NCBI GenBank assembly: GCA_012295275.1
Contig: CM022665.1
Span: 12,152,001 to 12,216,000, forward strand
DNA from: Chrysomallon squamiferum
Lineage: Eukaryota > Animalia > Mollusca
DNA: 64,000 nt
Direction of reading: 5' to 3'
A model generated the notes under the pieces. That model was not told the origin of the DNA. It worked only from the letters and a program-made list of their open reading frames with translations, and ran no database searches. The position numbers and the translations under genes were made by a program. Of this stretch, positions 1-13,684 are shown in pieces (position 1 is the first letter of the stretch; each line of letters starts with the position of its first letter).

Positions 1-471
1 AAAATCAGAAAACTCAGTGGGAAAAAAATCATACAGAATTGTTCTGGTTTATCCTCACCCAACCCTATTCCACTATAACACACGTAGAAATGACCATTCT
101 TTTAACTGCTGTGTACAAACAGCAAGGCACAGAATTACTGTTACAACTAATAGTGCTAACCCAACAACAGGTGGTACACGACACCCGGCACATCTCGCTG
201 TTAACTGTTGCCACACCGGTCACCTATCACGTGCCACACACTGGTCATTCCGCTTGCACGTTGTTTCTGAAAGGTACTTATGTTTCATGATTGTGGAGTC
301 TGATTATTTGTCTTTGCTTTCAGTAATATTCTGTTTTTCGTCACAGTTTGGAAGCTATCATGATCATAAGGCACAGAATAAATTAAATTTTATCCCACGT
401 TTTAAATTTTTCACATCAGATGTGGCATACGGTGTGTTTCTCATTTTCTGTTTACATTTCTCCTTTGATTT

Positions 472-1001
472 TATCTAATTACTTTGACATCATTAGAGAA
501 CGAAATAATCAACGGATGTTATTAGCTACACAAAGACGTTAAATAAAAAAACCCACTTAATTATCAGACTTGCTCGGTAACAAGAATTCTTGCTATGTAG
601 CGACGTTTGGCTTAAATACACACGTCTGCGCTCGCGCGCGTGTGTACGTGTGCGCGCATGTCAAATACACACAAATCAGAAGCTTAAATCGGATTTATTT
701 TGTTTTGCATATTTTTGTCGTTGCTGATGTAAATGCATGTTCGATCGGTTTGGAATTGCGTACCACACGAATATGGTTAACTCGAACAATTCAATCCAAG
801 TTGATGCGTTAGTGTTTTCTCTTATAGTATTTAAAATTTTTAACCTAATATTATACAAAATTTTCTATGACCCCAAATAATAATAATTATTTTTATTAAT
901 ATATACTTTCAAATTCAGAAACAAAATCAGTTATAAGAAAAAAAAAAACAAAAAAACATTCAACGAAAAACCTTTATAAAATTGAGCTGTTAATTAATTA
1001 C

Positions 1002-1086
<85 letters not shown>
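472..1086 (+). repeat. Copy 1 of a ~600-bp dispersed direct repeat ending in (CT)n
   Basis: Shares collinear blocks (TCATTAGAGAACGAAATAATCAACGGATGTTATTAGCTACACAAA, AAATCAGAAGCTTAAATC, GTTGCTGATGTAAATGCATGTTCGATCGG) with 6514-7156. Confidence 0.85.
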
Positions 1087-1088
<2 letters not shown>

Positions 1089-1659
1089 ATATTTCTCTTT
1101 ATACAATATGGGAGAGACTTTAAAAGGCTACTGAAATTGCCAAAATGCACTCTCTCTCTCTCTTTCTCCCCTCTGGCTCTATCTATATTTATATCTCTCT
1201 ATATGTTTATCTATCTATCTATATATAAAACGTAGTAAACAAATGTAAAAAAACAAGAATTGTTAAAGTAAAAGACCAAAGTCCAGACCCCTGGATTACC
1301 GAAAATAACCCGTTTTAGTTGCTGGCATAAAAGAAATAGGTCAATAGAAAATATATTTTGACCTGACCTGGCCTAGATAATATCTAACTGTTATATCCAA
1401 GGTAACAAAAACAACCAAATACCAACAGTACATAGGAACTATCTTTCTGTTAGGCCATTCAGTGGTCCAAAGGTTGTTCACCTTTAAAAATGTGCTAACT
1501 TGACAACATGGTTAAGAAATAAAGTTAATGATTATTATTATTACTGATTCGTCAACATGTTTATATATAAATTAAAAACACACACACACACGACCATGTT
1601 TCTTGCTACTCTATAAATGTTCAATTGTCTGCATGCAGTGATTCAAAAATCCAATGCAT

Positions 1660-1697
<38 letters not shown>

Positions 1698-2928
1698 TTA
1701 AATAATTTTGTCTGAAATTCTAACATATCGTGATGGCTTTACGTAACCAACTGGTAATATGCTCGTGTGAAAAGTGATGGTGTGTATGAACCATTTGCAT
1801 AAACATACATATTTATTTGTCCAAAAAATATGTTTTATGGTACCTAGAATAGTGCATATAAAACATTTTTTTTCTTTTCTTTTTCAATAACCCAGCTCAA
1901 CAAAATGCAGTATAAATGCATTTTGTCTATGGCTGCTTTTAGGAACGCATCAAAATTATCACTTGATAGCATTCTAAACACTGAAACAATTTTAACTGGA
2001 TAAGGTAGACGGATTTGCTAAACCTTGAAAAATATACTGAGACTGAACTTGATTTTGACAAGCTCATTAAACTTGGGGATTCAATACCACCGTGGCCCCC
2101 CAAAAAAAAAAAAAATCCAGCAATTTGATATGTATCAATTAATCAAATATTTTCATTTTGTTCACAACAAAGGGTGATCGTCTGTGGAGGCTTGCGAGAT
2201 CTAAGTGGACCATAGAAAGACCCGTGTACACACCAGGTTTCAACCAGACGTTCAGAGTCCAACGTGCGATCATGTCTGGAGGCGTTTATGTCCGTCCGAG
2301 TTAGTGAACAGACGTGTAAAACGGTGGCGTGTTGCAGTGACCTACTGAAATGTCAATGTTTCATTGATAAACTATGATGAACTGAACAATGAGCCACCCC
2401 GTGAGTTAACCCGAAGTAAATACACCGTCGTTATTCACCTGATATTAATACCCTGAATTTATTTTTAATATGTGGGTAAACTGATTTCGAAAGACAATCC
2501 GGAATTAGTTTTAATTCAACGGTTAATTTTATTTCACGGTTAATTCTTCTTTTAAAAGAACACTTTAAAAATTTAAGATTTAAAAAAATAATAAAATGAA
2601 AGAAACACATTCTTATCAATGGTTGTGAAAAGCTTAATATTTTCATAATCATCATGACGTCAAACCTTCATCATAAATTAATTCTAGTCCTGCATTTAGC
2701 TACATTCCAGATATACGTCCACACATCAACCCACAAACAAAACGCTAGCATGCCCCAATAACATAATCATTATTATTTTTTTCTAAGATATATGCTTATA
2801 ATATAAACACATGTGTATGAATTTTTATTTAGCTCTGAAGAAGCGGACTGTTAGGTACAGCTAGTTGAGTTCTGATAAACTTACAATGACGTCCAATTTA
2901 AGTAACTATGTACTTCTTTCTTCTAACC

Positions 2929-3204
2929 CAGGGGTGCCCGGTACGTCGATCGCCAGTGTAGTGCGGGTAGATCGCGCGCCATTCACTGCAAGTCATCAGT
3001 GTAAGTGACCATAAATGTGTTCAGTTGTGTTGTGCTGTAAGTGTTCATGCAGTGTCGCAAGGTGCGTCAACATATACTGAATATATAAAGTATACTCAGT
3101 ACGTATATAAATACATATATTTAGCATTTTTTAATACAGGTAGATCATTTTGACCTCGTCATTTTAAAAGCAGCTCGCAAGCTGAACAAGTCTGGGCACC
3201 CCTG
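2929..3204. mobile_element. Non-autonomous hAT (Charlie-type) element / MITE
   Basis: Perfect 11-bp terminal inverted repeats CAGGGGTGCCC...GGGCACCCCTG, a terminus typical of hAT-Charlie elements; no clean 8-bp TSD. Confidence 0.75.
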
Positions 3205-4227
3205 TAAAAATCTAAACCAAAATAATCACACGCACACAGTCGCACTGCATACTCATCAAAGTTAATTTAAACAAAAACATATATTACATTACTATACAGC
3301 CTGTACTAATAGATATTTTCCTTTCTGTTAATATAATCACCAAGATTTATTATTCATTATCAGTACTGATGTTGTTCCAAAGACTACAACACAGTATTCC
3401 CTCGGCATGAAAGAAAAGCATCATATTTCAGATGGCCGGCGCGGTATGTATGTATAGCATACATGAAGTGAACTTCGGACCTAACAAAATGACCGGTCAG
3501 AATTTGTGTAAACTTTGCATGAAGCGGTCCAAGTGAGCACTTTGCATTTCAAGTCTGTCAGAATGGATTTATTGCAACATACAATGGTTTCATGTAGCTG
3601 AAAGCTTACAATGAATTTATTCTCACTGTGTGCACTTCGCTTGTCACATACAGTGTATTGTTTTTCGTTTGTACCGCTCTTTATATGATTACCTATCACA
3701 GCTTTCATAATTTATGCTAAGATAATACACGCAAGACAGACCATGAGACAAACAGTGATATTTCTGTAATTAATTTTGTTTTGCTGGTTTTGTTGTTGTC
3801 GCTTCTATACAGATGTTTTTAACTGGATGCTAACAAAATTTGACCATTGTTACTTACTTTGTCTGCTAATATTTTGACCACTGACATTTTTATCTAGGAA
3901 GATTTTTAACGGTTATTACATTTCACCCATTTTTCGTGTGTATCATTTTCGTTTTCCCTTTTGCTAAGTCTATTCATATTTATGACTTTATACATATAGA
4001 TACATACATACACACACATGCAGACCTGTGTATGTACATGATGACGCAAATGTAAGAAAGGTGAGTTAATATTTCACCTATTTGACTTCCTTATGGTAAA
4101 CAAATATCTTTGGATGACGCTAGAGTCCAATTTTCGAACTCTTCGGCTGATATAAATCACTGAAAATCCAAAAATTTAGAACTACACACTTCACCTTTCT
4201 TTCATTCATATAATACAGAAGAAAGAT

Positions 4228-4337
4228 GGAGCGGACTGTAGCTTAGTGGTTAGCTTACTTGTCTAAAGTATTACAGACGGAAAGATCAGCCTTCTTCGGC
4301 GCGTCCTTAGGCCTATTTCTCGTTCTAACCAGTGCCC
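4228..4337 (+). mobile_element. Decayed tRNA-derived SINE head
   Basis: A-box-like TAGCTTAGTGG followed by a GCCTATTTCTCGTTCTAACCAGTGC core resembling gastropod SINEs as recalled; similar decayed pieces near 40580 and 63528. Confidence 0.5.
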
Positions 4338-4851
4338 TTTGGCGTCTATGTCAATGAAATATCCATATTTATATCTAAAAACACACACACACACGCACGC
4401 AAGCAAACACTTGGTGGAAAACGGACAAAAAGAGATTCGTAAATCTTAGACATTGTAAGTATCCGAGTTGTTATCCGACGTCACCACACTCTGGTATTGT
4501 GTGTTAGATGTGCATAAATATAAATAATCATACAACACACACATTCTATTTATTTATCGTTCTATGTGTCTCTCTAAATATCTACATATAAACACGTTAT
4601 TTTATGTCATTGGTCAGTACACACAGATATTTTATATATATCTATATCTATCTATGTACTTATATATCCATATATCTATATCTATCTATATCCATATATC
4701 TATATCTATATCCATATATCTATATCTATATCTATCTATGTACTTATATATCCATATATCTATATCTATCTATATCCATATATCTATATCTATATCTATC
4801 TCTATCTATATCCCTATATCTGTATCTGTCTATCTCTCTCTTTCTCTCTCT

Positions 4852-4893
<42 letters not shown>

Positions 4894-5494
4894 GGTATAT
4901 GTAAACAAGTTGTTGGTTGGTTTTTTCTGAGCAGGATTTACATTTTAAAAACAGAGATATATAACATGTTATTATTGACCAAAATTTAGGAATGGACTTT
5001 GACCATATTAATAAGCATACCAACAAAGCTGTGTTGTTGTTTTCGCATTGTTACTTGCTGTTTTTCCTGTGTGCGTGAAGGGATGGACGTAAACACGTTA
5101 TGTTAGTGTGCTAAATATTGATTTCTGCTGGACTTTGCTCCCAGACTGAACAGGGAAGGGCCTAACTGGGTTTGTTGTGTACCACGTACTCGAGCGTTAA
5201 ACCACAATCGATCAACTTGTTGACCCGCGCTCACGTCCGTAGAAGGTTCATGTACAGTTGTTCTGGAAACACTTTCCGAGAATCTTGGTGTTCAAGACTG
5301 ATAATTAAAATATGCATGTCTAGACGATATAAAGGTGATCAGAATTAATATTTTGATAATAACTGACTGCGTCCAGTTGTGTGGTTAATAAGTTTATGTG
5401 GGTTTTTTTTTGTTGATTTGTGTGCATAGGTGTGCGCGTGTTTTATTATATTCGGCATATAGAATAAATAAAAATTTCTTTAAAACTGAGTTTT

Positions 5495-5539
<45 letters not shown>

Positions 5540-6513
5540 TACATATATACACATTATATACATACATACATACACCTATAAAACTCGAGTAAACAATTAA
5601 ATTACATGATGTCTATACATAACAACTAATATTTACCAAATTCTCCAGTTTACTTATTTATTTGATCTAGAAACGAGTGCAACTTATAAATATATAAGAC
5701 AGCTTGTATACGTGAGAACATGCACGAGCGTTTTAAAATTCCATGTCGAGGCATGAAGAGATCTGTTTGTCAAAACATGGACGACGTGATGGGTTCTATT
5801 TGTGTATGTGAGGTAATCGTTTCAGAAGAAAGGGATGGGATGAACTTGGTAACCGATTTCCGAGACAAACATTTCGGTCGTTTTCGCCGGTGCGGAAGAC
5901 ACGAAGTAACAAAAGAAAATAATCTGTACAGAGCCATTAGTAGGTCTTCTGTCACTCGCGTAATTAGTAAATTAGCTGAATAGTGAATTTATTTATTTAT
6001 TTTTTATTTTTTATTTTTTTGGTTGGTGGGCTACTGTTTCTAGTGTAACTTGGTGGCAAGTAAATTTTGAGAATTCTTAATCTTGTTCATGCTTGTCTTA
6101 AGCCTTTAATTTAGGATTAAAATATACAATAAATAAATTCATTAATTAAAAATCGTTAAGTAAACAGTGATGCATAGAAATGCGATAATTTGTTTTCAAT
6201 AACAGTAATAACTGAAGCATCTATTATTATTATTATTATATTGATAATATGACAACGTATAAAATACGGAAATAACGGAACTAAAACAAATGTCTATGAA
6301 AAACCTTTAAAAAAAAACTTTCTTTCAAACTTTCATTACAAAATAACATACTGACTACAATCACCTGCTTATATAATATTATCATCGTTCACTGTCCATT
6401 TTATTTTTCCACCCTTTGTATATGAAAGCACTAAGTTAAAGACTGTTGTAAAATTCATGGCTACGATTCGTAAGGTTTAACGCTAACCAATAATTACGCC
6501 AGTTAATAATTTT

Positions 6514-6883
6514 ATCTAATTACTTTGAAAGACACGTTTCGCCAATGACTTCATTAGAGAACGAAATAATCAACGGATGTTATTAGCTACACAAATACGA
6601 TAAATAAAAAATAACTTAATCAACAGACTGGCTTGGTTAGAAGAATTCTTGCTATATAGCCACGTATGACTTAAATACACATATATGTGCGTGCGTGCGC
6701 GTGTCAAATACACCCAAATCAGAAGCTTAAATCAGATTTATTTTGTTCTCGTTGCTGATGTAAATGCATGTTCGATCGGCTGAGAATTGTGTACAACTCT
6801 AATATGCGGTAAGTTAATACGATACTCTTATAGTATTTAAAATGTTCAACCTAATATTATATAAAATGTTCTATACCCGCGAA

Positions 6884-6914
<31 letters not shown>

Positions 6915-7078
6915 ATTCAATCAAAATGAGAAACGAAAACTGTTATATGTAAAAACAAACATTCAAACGAAAAAAACTTTCTAAAATTGAGGTTTTAATT
7001 AATCAGAAAGTTTTATTTTTCTTACATAAAACTGGTTCAACCGACTTCCATCAAGATATTTTGCCTTCTTAAAGATTT

Positions 7079-7156
<78 letters not shown>
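6514..7156 (+). repeat. Copy 2 of the ~600-bp dispersed direct repeat ending in (CT)n
   Basis: Collinear with 472-1086, with indels. Confidence 0.85.
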
Positions 7157-7157
<1 letters not shown>

Positions 7158-9837
7158 ACAACATATGGCGAATCTGGACTCGGTTATTGTTTCTGCGAGG
7201 CACAATGAGCTTGGTATCGCTAAATCAAATTAACATTAGGTTTATTAATAGTTGGATGTAAAAGTCTAAATTAATTTCATATTTCCATCGAGTGTGTTCA
7301 GACAGATATCTCAGGGAGGGAGTGTGGTCATTATGGCTTCTCTGGTCAGTTCTGGGCTTAACGAAAGGTCGAAATGGCGTGACCAAGGCTGGAAAATGAC
7401 TGCCACCCGGATGGCACATGCATTAAGTTGTTAAACTAATTGGACAAATGATAAAACCAAATGCCAGCCAATTTATTATAATTCTTGTTGAAAGTTCATG
7501 GTTCTGTAAAGTTTATAAATAACTGCAATTGAAAATTCTGGGATTAAATTATTTATTAATTATTAATATTATTATTGATGTAACTGGACTCAGTTTTGTA
7601 GCGGGAATTTTTTTTTTTTTTTTTTCTTTTAAAAATATAGTTTGGAAACGAGAAATAATAACATAGTAGATTGTATAATACTTATTAGACAGACGTATCT
7701 TTATGCTGGAAATAAGTAATATTCATGTATAAATATTTTAATTTTTTTTTTTTTTTTTTTTTTTTTAAAATTATTATTATTATTATTTTAAATTTTTATC
7801 ATAGATCATTTTTTCTTTTAAAAAAAAAAAAAAAAAAAAATTCTAGAACAGATTCAGATGTTAAGACAGACAATAGCAGTACATTCTCTGTATATACAGA
7901 AACATTACTTTAACAGGCACTGTCACCGAGACAATGAATGATTCACAACAAAGTTATTAATGAAGGCTTATCCGCCTGTAGTAAAGATATGACGTATTTG
8001 TACAGCAGTAAAACAAAGACAAATTTCGTTAAATCGGGGAAGACCGTGACACGTACCACGTACCATTTGCAAAACCTGACAAAATCAATACGTAGTACGT
8101 GTGAGCAAAACATTCATAAATTACATTTTAGAGGGAGGTAATCTAGATTTGTTCAGTCAGACACTATATATAAACATTACTGCTCACACAAAAATTAATG
8201 TCTAAAGAAGAAGTGAAAAGAAGATTAGAGAAAGCGATACTTTGAAATACAGGATTATAAATGCACAAAAATAAGGCATAATTATATTTAAGAATTTCAG
8301 TATATTAATAGACATATCAGTTTCCGTCACAGTTTCCGATATTGTTCAATTATTCTCCAATTTGTTTAAAACTTGCTTCGTCTTTTCCAGTTTCATTGCC
8401 TTTTTAAAGTTTATTTATGCTGGCTTTTCACTTTAATTTTACCCTTTTTCTGTGACGACAATAATTCGGAAGAATAACATTAAACATCAGTAGACAATTC
8501 AAATGTATGCTGTTGAGCACTTTTATTGACATTCTCAGTGTATAAGAATAACGAGTAGAATTTCCAAAAATTTCCAGAAATTAATAAAAATCGTATTAAG
8601 CAGATAGTATGTAATTAAGGAAATAAAACAATGCAAATATTGAAAACTCTGAACTGTAACAAGTTTTAAAGCACCTTTTCATGTATTCACACCATGAACA
8701 ACAAATACACAAATATTTGAACCAGTAATTTATTGAAATCATATGAATGAAATTTATGAGAAAGAACGAATGAAAACAAAAAAGAAATACACTTACTTTG
8801 AATGACAAAACGGACTAACGCATCTGGTGAACGATGACGAATGGAAGCGTATGTTGATACCAATGAAATAATAGCTTGGACGCACAACTATAATACACAG
8901 ACTGCGAACTGACGCACATTTCCATAATGACAACAAACCCACATGCGTTTCATCATGCCGGCTAGCTAGCACACGACCTGACCTAAATACGAGAGCCAAT
9001 CACGCAGTGGAGACATGGGTAAAATTCCACTGGTCTCGCGTTTCGCAGGATAGCTACATGTAGAAGAAGCGTAACAGGTTTCAGTGACCAGTGTAATGAT
9101 AATTTTTCCGTTTGGACTTTGCCCTGCCGGCTTCACGGTTATTTCAAAGGATTACATAATGAACCGGTGCCATTGTTTCTGTGTTTACTACAACAACTGG
9201 CCCTTAGGTTTCCCAGGTTGCTTTTACATAGTCATTGTCACAGTTATGCAATTTTCTTTGGGTGTTTTTGATGAAGAGGTGTCAGAAACATCGGACCCAT
9301 TTCAGTGACCTACAAACAAGATTCATGCATATTAATTTTATGGTTATTAATAGTCTATGAATAAATATAGTTTAATCTTTGTTACGAAAATATATGTTGA
9401 CTGGAACATGACACTGTCTTAATAACCTCTGTTAAAAAAGTGGAGAAAAAACAAAACAACAAATATTCGTTGATGTCTATTTTCAGATATGTTAAAATTT
9501 ACGTGTGAAAAACCAAGAATATATTACCATAATTATTTAAATAAATACGTTTACATTAAAATTATCTGAACTTGACGCAATCACACACAAACCCCCCCCC
9601 CGCAACAAACAGAAAATTATTTTTTAAATATTAGTTTTTTCATTATGGTTTCCTTGTAGTAAAAAGTTAAATAAATTAAAGCCAGTTATTTATAATGCAG
9701 TCTGTTTATGTTGATTATGTATGAAAATCATAGCAGTGTAGTCAGTCTTACATGATTTGCGTTCTTGAAAATATGAGAAACGTATAATTATCATAAAAAG
9801 TCTATATATTTAAATTTTTGCAAAACAAAATTTTATA

Positions 9838-9871
<34 letters not shown>

Positions 9872-10689
9872 GCGATTACTACTACTATTACTACAATAAC
9901 CTATGCAAATAGTTTCTTCAATAATCGTTATCGTGTTAATGAAGACTGAAAAAGGATGCTAAAAACCTGTAGTTGTAATACATTAGTTAAATGGGTATCT
10001 GATGTTGTGGTTGTCGTTAATATTAACATACAAATATAAATATATGTTAACGATGTAGATTTCATGTATAAACGAATAAATAAATTATTATTAAATTATC
10101 AGACAGCAGCAGAGTGTTGAGCATTTACAGTTTTTAACTCTTAAATATCTGTCGCCGTTGTCATCAGTATTGAAAAACAAGTGTATCCCAACAGCGCAAA
10201 GTTTTATTAAGCTGTTTTTGACATGTATATGTGGTTCTTGTTGTTGTCAATGTTAACAGTATACGACAAAAAAAAAAAAAAAAAAACAGAACAAAACAAA
10301 ACAGTAAATTAATGCTATTAGAATGCTAGATGTTTACAGTTTTGACCTGCTGTTGTTGTTGTTGTCGTTGTTAACATTCACAAGAAAATATACTGACTGT
10401 ACTAGAATACTGTAGGTTTATATTTTTAATATTTTGAGACAGATATGTTGTAGTTGCCGTCAAATATGTCAGGTAAAAAATAATAAAAAATCGACTTTTC
10501 TGAGTATCAAAAATAATTCCTCTTCTGCAAGAATTAAAATGCATATGAGTGGTAGTTTTACGCGAACGACATACTCTCTATCATACATTTCTTATTAATA
10601 AACATAACTTTTTAAATATAAACATATTTTTACTATAAAACAAATTATTATGTGAAAATATATTTGGATGTCTCACGTATTTATCGGTA

Positions 10690-10870
10690 TACTTTTTCTC
10701 GCATTTAAAAACATAGGATCATTACATTCAAATATATAATGATATTCATCTCCAATTTTGTCAAGATTACAAATATGACATTTTCTGTTTTCTCTTAGAA
10801 TATTAAACCATCGACCAGTTTCAATAGTAAGTTTAACACTAAAGGTTCTAAATTTGCATTGGACATTAGA
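10690..10870 (-). mobile_element. 3' fragment of a non-LTR retrotransposon ORF2 (C-terminal CCHC region)
   Basis: KFRTFSVKLTIETGRWFNILRENRKCHICNLDKIGDEYHYIFEC matches the common LINE C-terminal motif (LPIETGRW..R.C..C....GDE.H....C). Confidence 0.8.
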
Positions 10871-11344
10871 TAAAAAACATAATTTCAGTTCATTATTCAA
10901 AAATGTATAAATGAACAGAACGCTAGACATTCATAATTTTAATACGTTGAAAACGATGTACATAATTATTGCTGTTGTTGTTATTACTGAAAAATAAGTC
11001 AAGGAAAAAATGCATGGCCCGCAGGTACGCTGGAACATTGTTTTTCTGTTTAAATGATCAATTTTCAAGGTTTGAAAATATGAAAAGAATTTTACTGGTG
11101 TGGTTGTTATGCCCACTTTTTAAAATACAATGAATAAATAGAAGAAATTTTTATATATATATATATATATATGTATATATTATATAAAATAAAATAATAC
11201 AAGCCGTTGGAAATTACATAATAACGACGACACTAGTATTGCTTATTAATGATGCAAGTGTTAACTTTAAATATATATATATATTCCTTCTTTTATTATT
11301 AGTGTTTTTTTGTGCTAAATTGCTGTGGTGTTACTGTTGTTTTT

Positions 11345-11385
<41 letters not shown>

Positions 11386-11647
11386 TATCATTATTATTAT
11401 TGCTTGAGACGTCAATACAATAACAGTCGTAAACTTTCACTCGTACTCCAGACACGTTCATATTAACGCGACCAGGTGAATACGTCAAAGGTTAAAGGTC
11501 ATAAAGTTGAAAAGTATGTGTTTAAGATTATATTCTGGATCTTCAGTCTCGCACCCGATTTCCCTCCAGTGTCTGCAAGCTTTAATATTTTACCACTGCC
11601 CTACGAGTATGATACAAAATAATACAAAACCACGAATATAACAGAAC

Positions 11648-11699
<52 letters not shown>

Positions 11700-11880
11700 C
11701 CAGAAAAAACACGAGTTCAACTGATAAATAAATATAACAGTAAACTCCAACTATAACTTCGTAAAGAAAATCCACTCGTTTAACGGTATATATCAGAAAA
11801 CCATGAATATAACACAATATAATAGAAAACCATGAGTATAACTGTATGTAACAGAAAACCACTTTGATATACAACAGTAC

Positions 11881-11914
<34 letters not shown>

Positions 11915-12510
11915 TAATAACAATAATAATAATAACAATAATAATAATAAACCAACCAATCAACCGACCAGAAAAAACAACACACAAAAAAGTATATAAA
12001 AATGTACAGAAACTGAGATAGTCTATTTAAAAAATAATAATAATAGGAGTCGCAGCGAGGTGTGATCTACTAATTATGCGTCAAAACGTGCAGGAAAAAA
12101 TAATAATAATAGAAAAAAATCTACTTGTAATGCGTTGGGTTAAATATTTAATTTTTTTTTTTTTTTTTTTAGTTGAAGTTGTCAAGATACGTATATCTTC
12201 GTTTTAACAAAAGACATAATTGGTTCAAGGACTGGGTAAAAAGTCCAAGGTTTTGAGTTCTTAACAACAATAGATCAGTGAGCTTTGTGTTTGATAACAA
12301 CAGAAAGAAAAAGAACAACACGGTAGGACGCTAAACTAAACACCGCGTGATACTGTATTGTCTGAAATAAATCAGGAGTATTTAACACTAGTGATCATTA
12401 GTACTTAGTGTTCGTGTATCATCCTCTTTGATTCGCTTACCTGAAGAACAGGATTTTGACTTGACACATTCAGTAGCTTCCATTATGGAAGACATTTAAT
12501 AGAAATGAAT

Positions 12511-12514
<4 letters not shown>

Positions 12515-12595
<81 letters not shown>
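12515..12595. repeat. (TC)n microsatellite
   Basis: Pure dinucleotide run. Confidence 0.95.
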
Positions 12596-12598
<3 letters not shown>

Positions 12599-12707
12599 AC
12601 TGTGTTGCCCAAGACTGTTCGAATCTTCTGCAGTTTCATTCCCTAAACAGAAATACGTGTAACAGTAGTTTTCTTAATAAATCACATATAAATTTGTCCC
12701 TTCTCTA

Positions 12708-13010
12708 TTAGTAGTAGTAGTAGTAGAAATAGTAATAGTTGTGATAGAATGAATAGTAACAGTGGCAATACTACTAGTAGTAGATGTGTAGCACTAGTAG
12801 TTACTGATGTAGTAGCACTAGTAGCAATAATTGTTATAGTAATAATAGGAAAATTTGTTGTAGAAATAGTAGTTTTAGTAGAAGTTGTTGTTACTGTAAT
12901 AGTTGTATTAGTAATATGAACAGTAATAGTAGTAGCTGAAGTAGGAGTAAAAGAAGCAGTTGTGGTCGCAGGTGTTGTTGTTAGATCAACTGGGGTAGAA
13001 GTAGTGGTAT
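12708..13010. repeat. Degenerate (AGT)n trinucleotide repeat
   Basis: Long run of AGT/AGC/TGT-type triplets. Confidence 0.75.
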
Positions 13011-13459
13011 GACCATGATGACATAATTGTATATTCAGTCAGAAATCTTCAACAACATAAAAACATTGTACTTAATGAATTATATAAATATAATTGGATG
13101 ATTTACATGGAATCGAAATATATACCTAGAATTAATTTAAAAGAACATGAGTAATTAAGTATTATATATAATGTAATTGTTTGTGAACGAATGTACAACG
13201 GAACCATTCCCAAGTTGTTTTCTAAAATAGACTGTATTAGGTGCAAAGTCGATGGCTTTAGATAATCCTATTATTTGGCAGGTAATGTAAATTTATTAAG
13301 AAATAATCCGCAGACCAAGCTTTACAGTGGGTGATCTGTAAACAGAAATATTTATAAATACACCTGCTTTGTTTTCGCCCTAATCAGAAGAATTAATGCA
13401 ACGAATCATTGGCCTTGTTTTTGTTTTTTGGGTGTTTTTTTACAGTTATTGTTCTTGAT

Positions 13460-13645
13460 GACATATTACGTCATATACTTGTGATCACGTAATCACGTAA
13501 TCACGTAACAGGTCGCAGCGAATGGCTAAATGGTATTTTCCATCATTCTCCTTAACTAGTTTGACCAATAGGATGACTGCGTTCAAGACATTCCGACCAA
13601 TCATCTTCAGTCATTCTTCACACTCATGTAAAATTCACGTGATGG
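13460..13645 (+). promoter_or_regulatory. Putative promoter of paralog A
   Basis: TTACGTCA (13466), (ATCACGTA)x3 at 13484-13507, CCAAT at 13565 and 13597, CACGTG at 13636, followed by a GTAAGT donor at 13685. Confidence 0.45.
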
Positions 13646-13684
13646 ATGCACGAATGAGAGTTGTCAAAAAAAAAGTAAAGGGCG
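13642..13684 (+). CDS. Possible first exon of Mondo-like paralog A (MDARMRVVKKKVKG)
   Basis: Strong donor G|GTAAGT at 13684/13685 in phase 1, matching the phase-1 acceptor at 15394 (gives ...KG-E-RNSEMIQ). Preceded by CCAAT boxes and an E-box. Could instead be a UTR exon. Confidence 0.4.
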
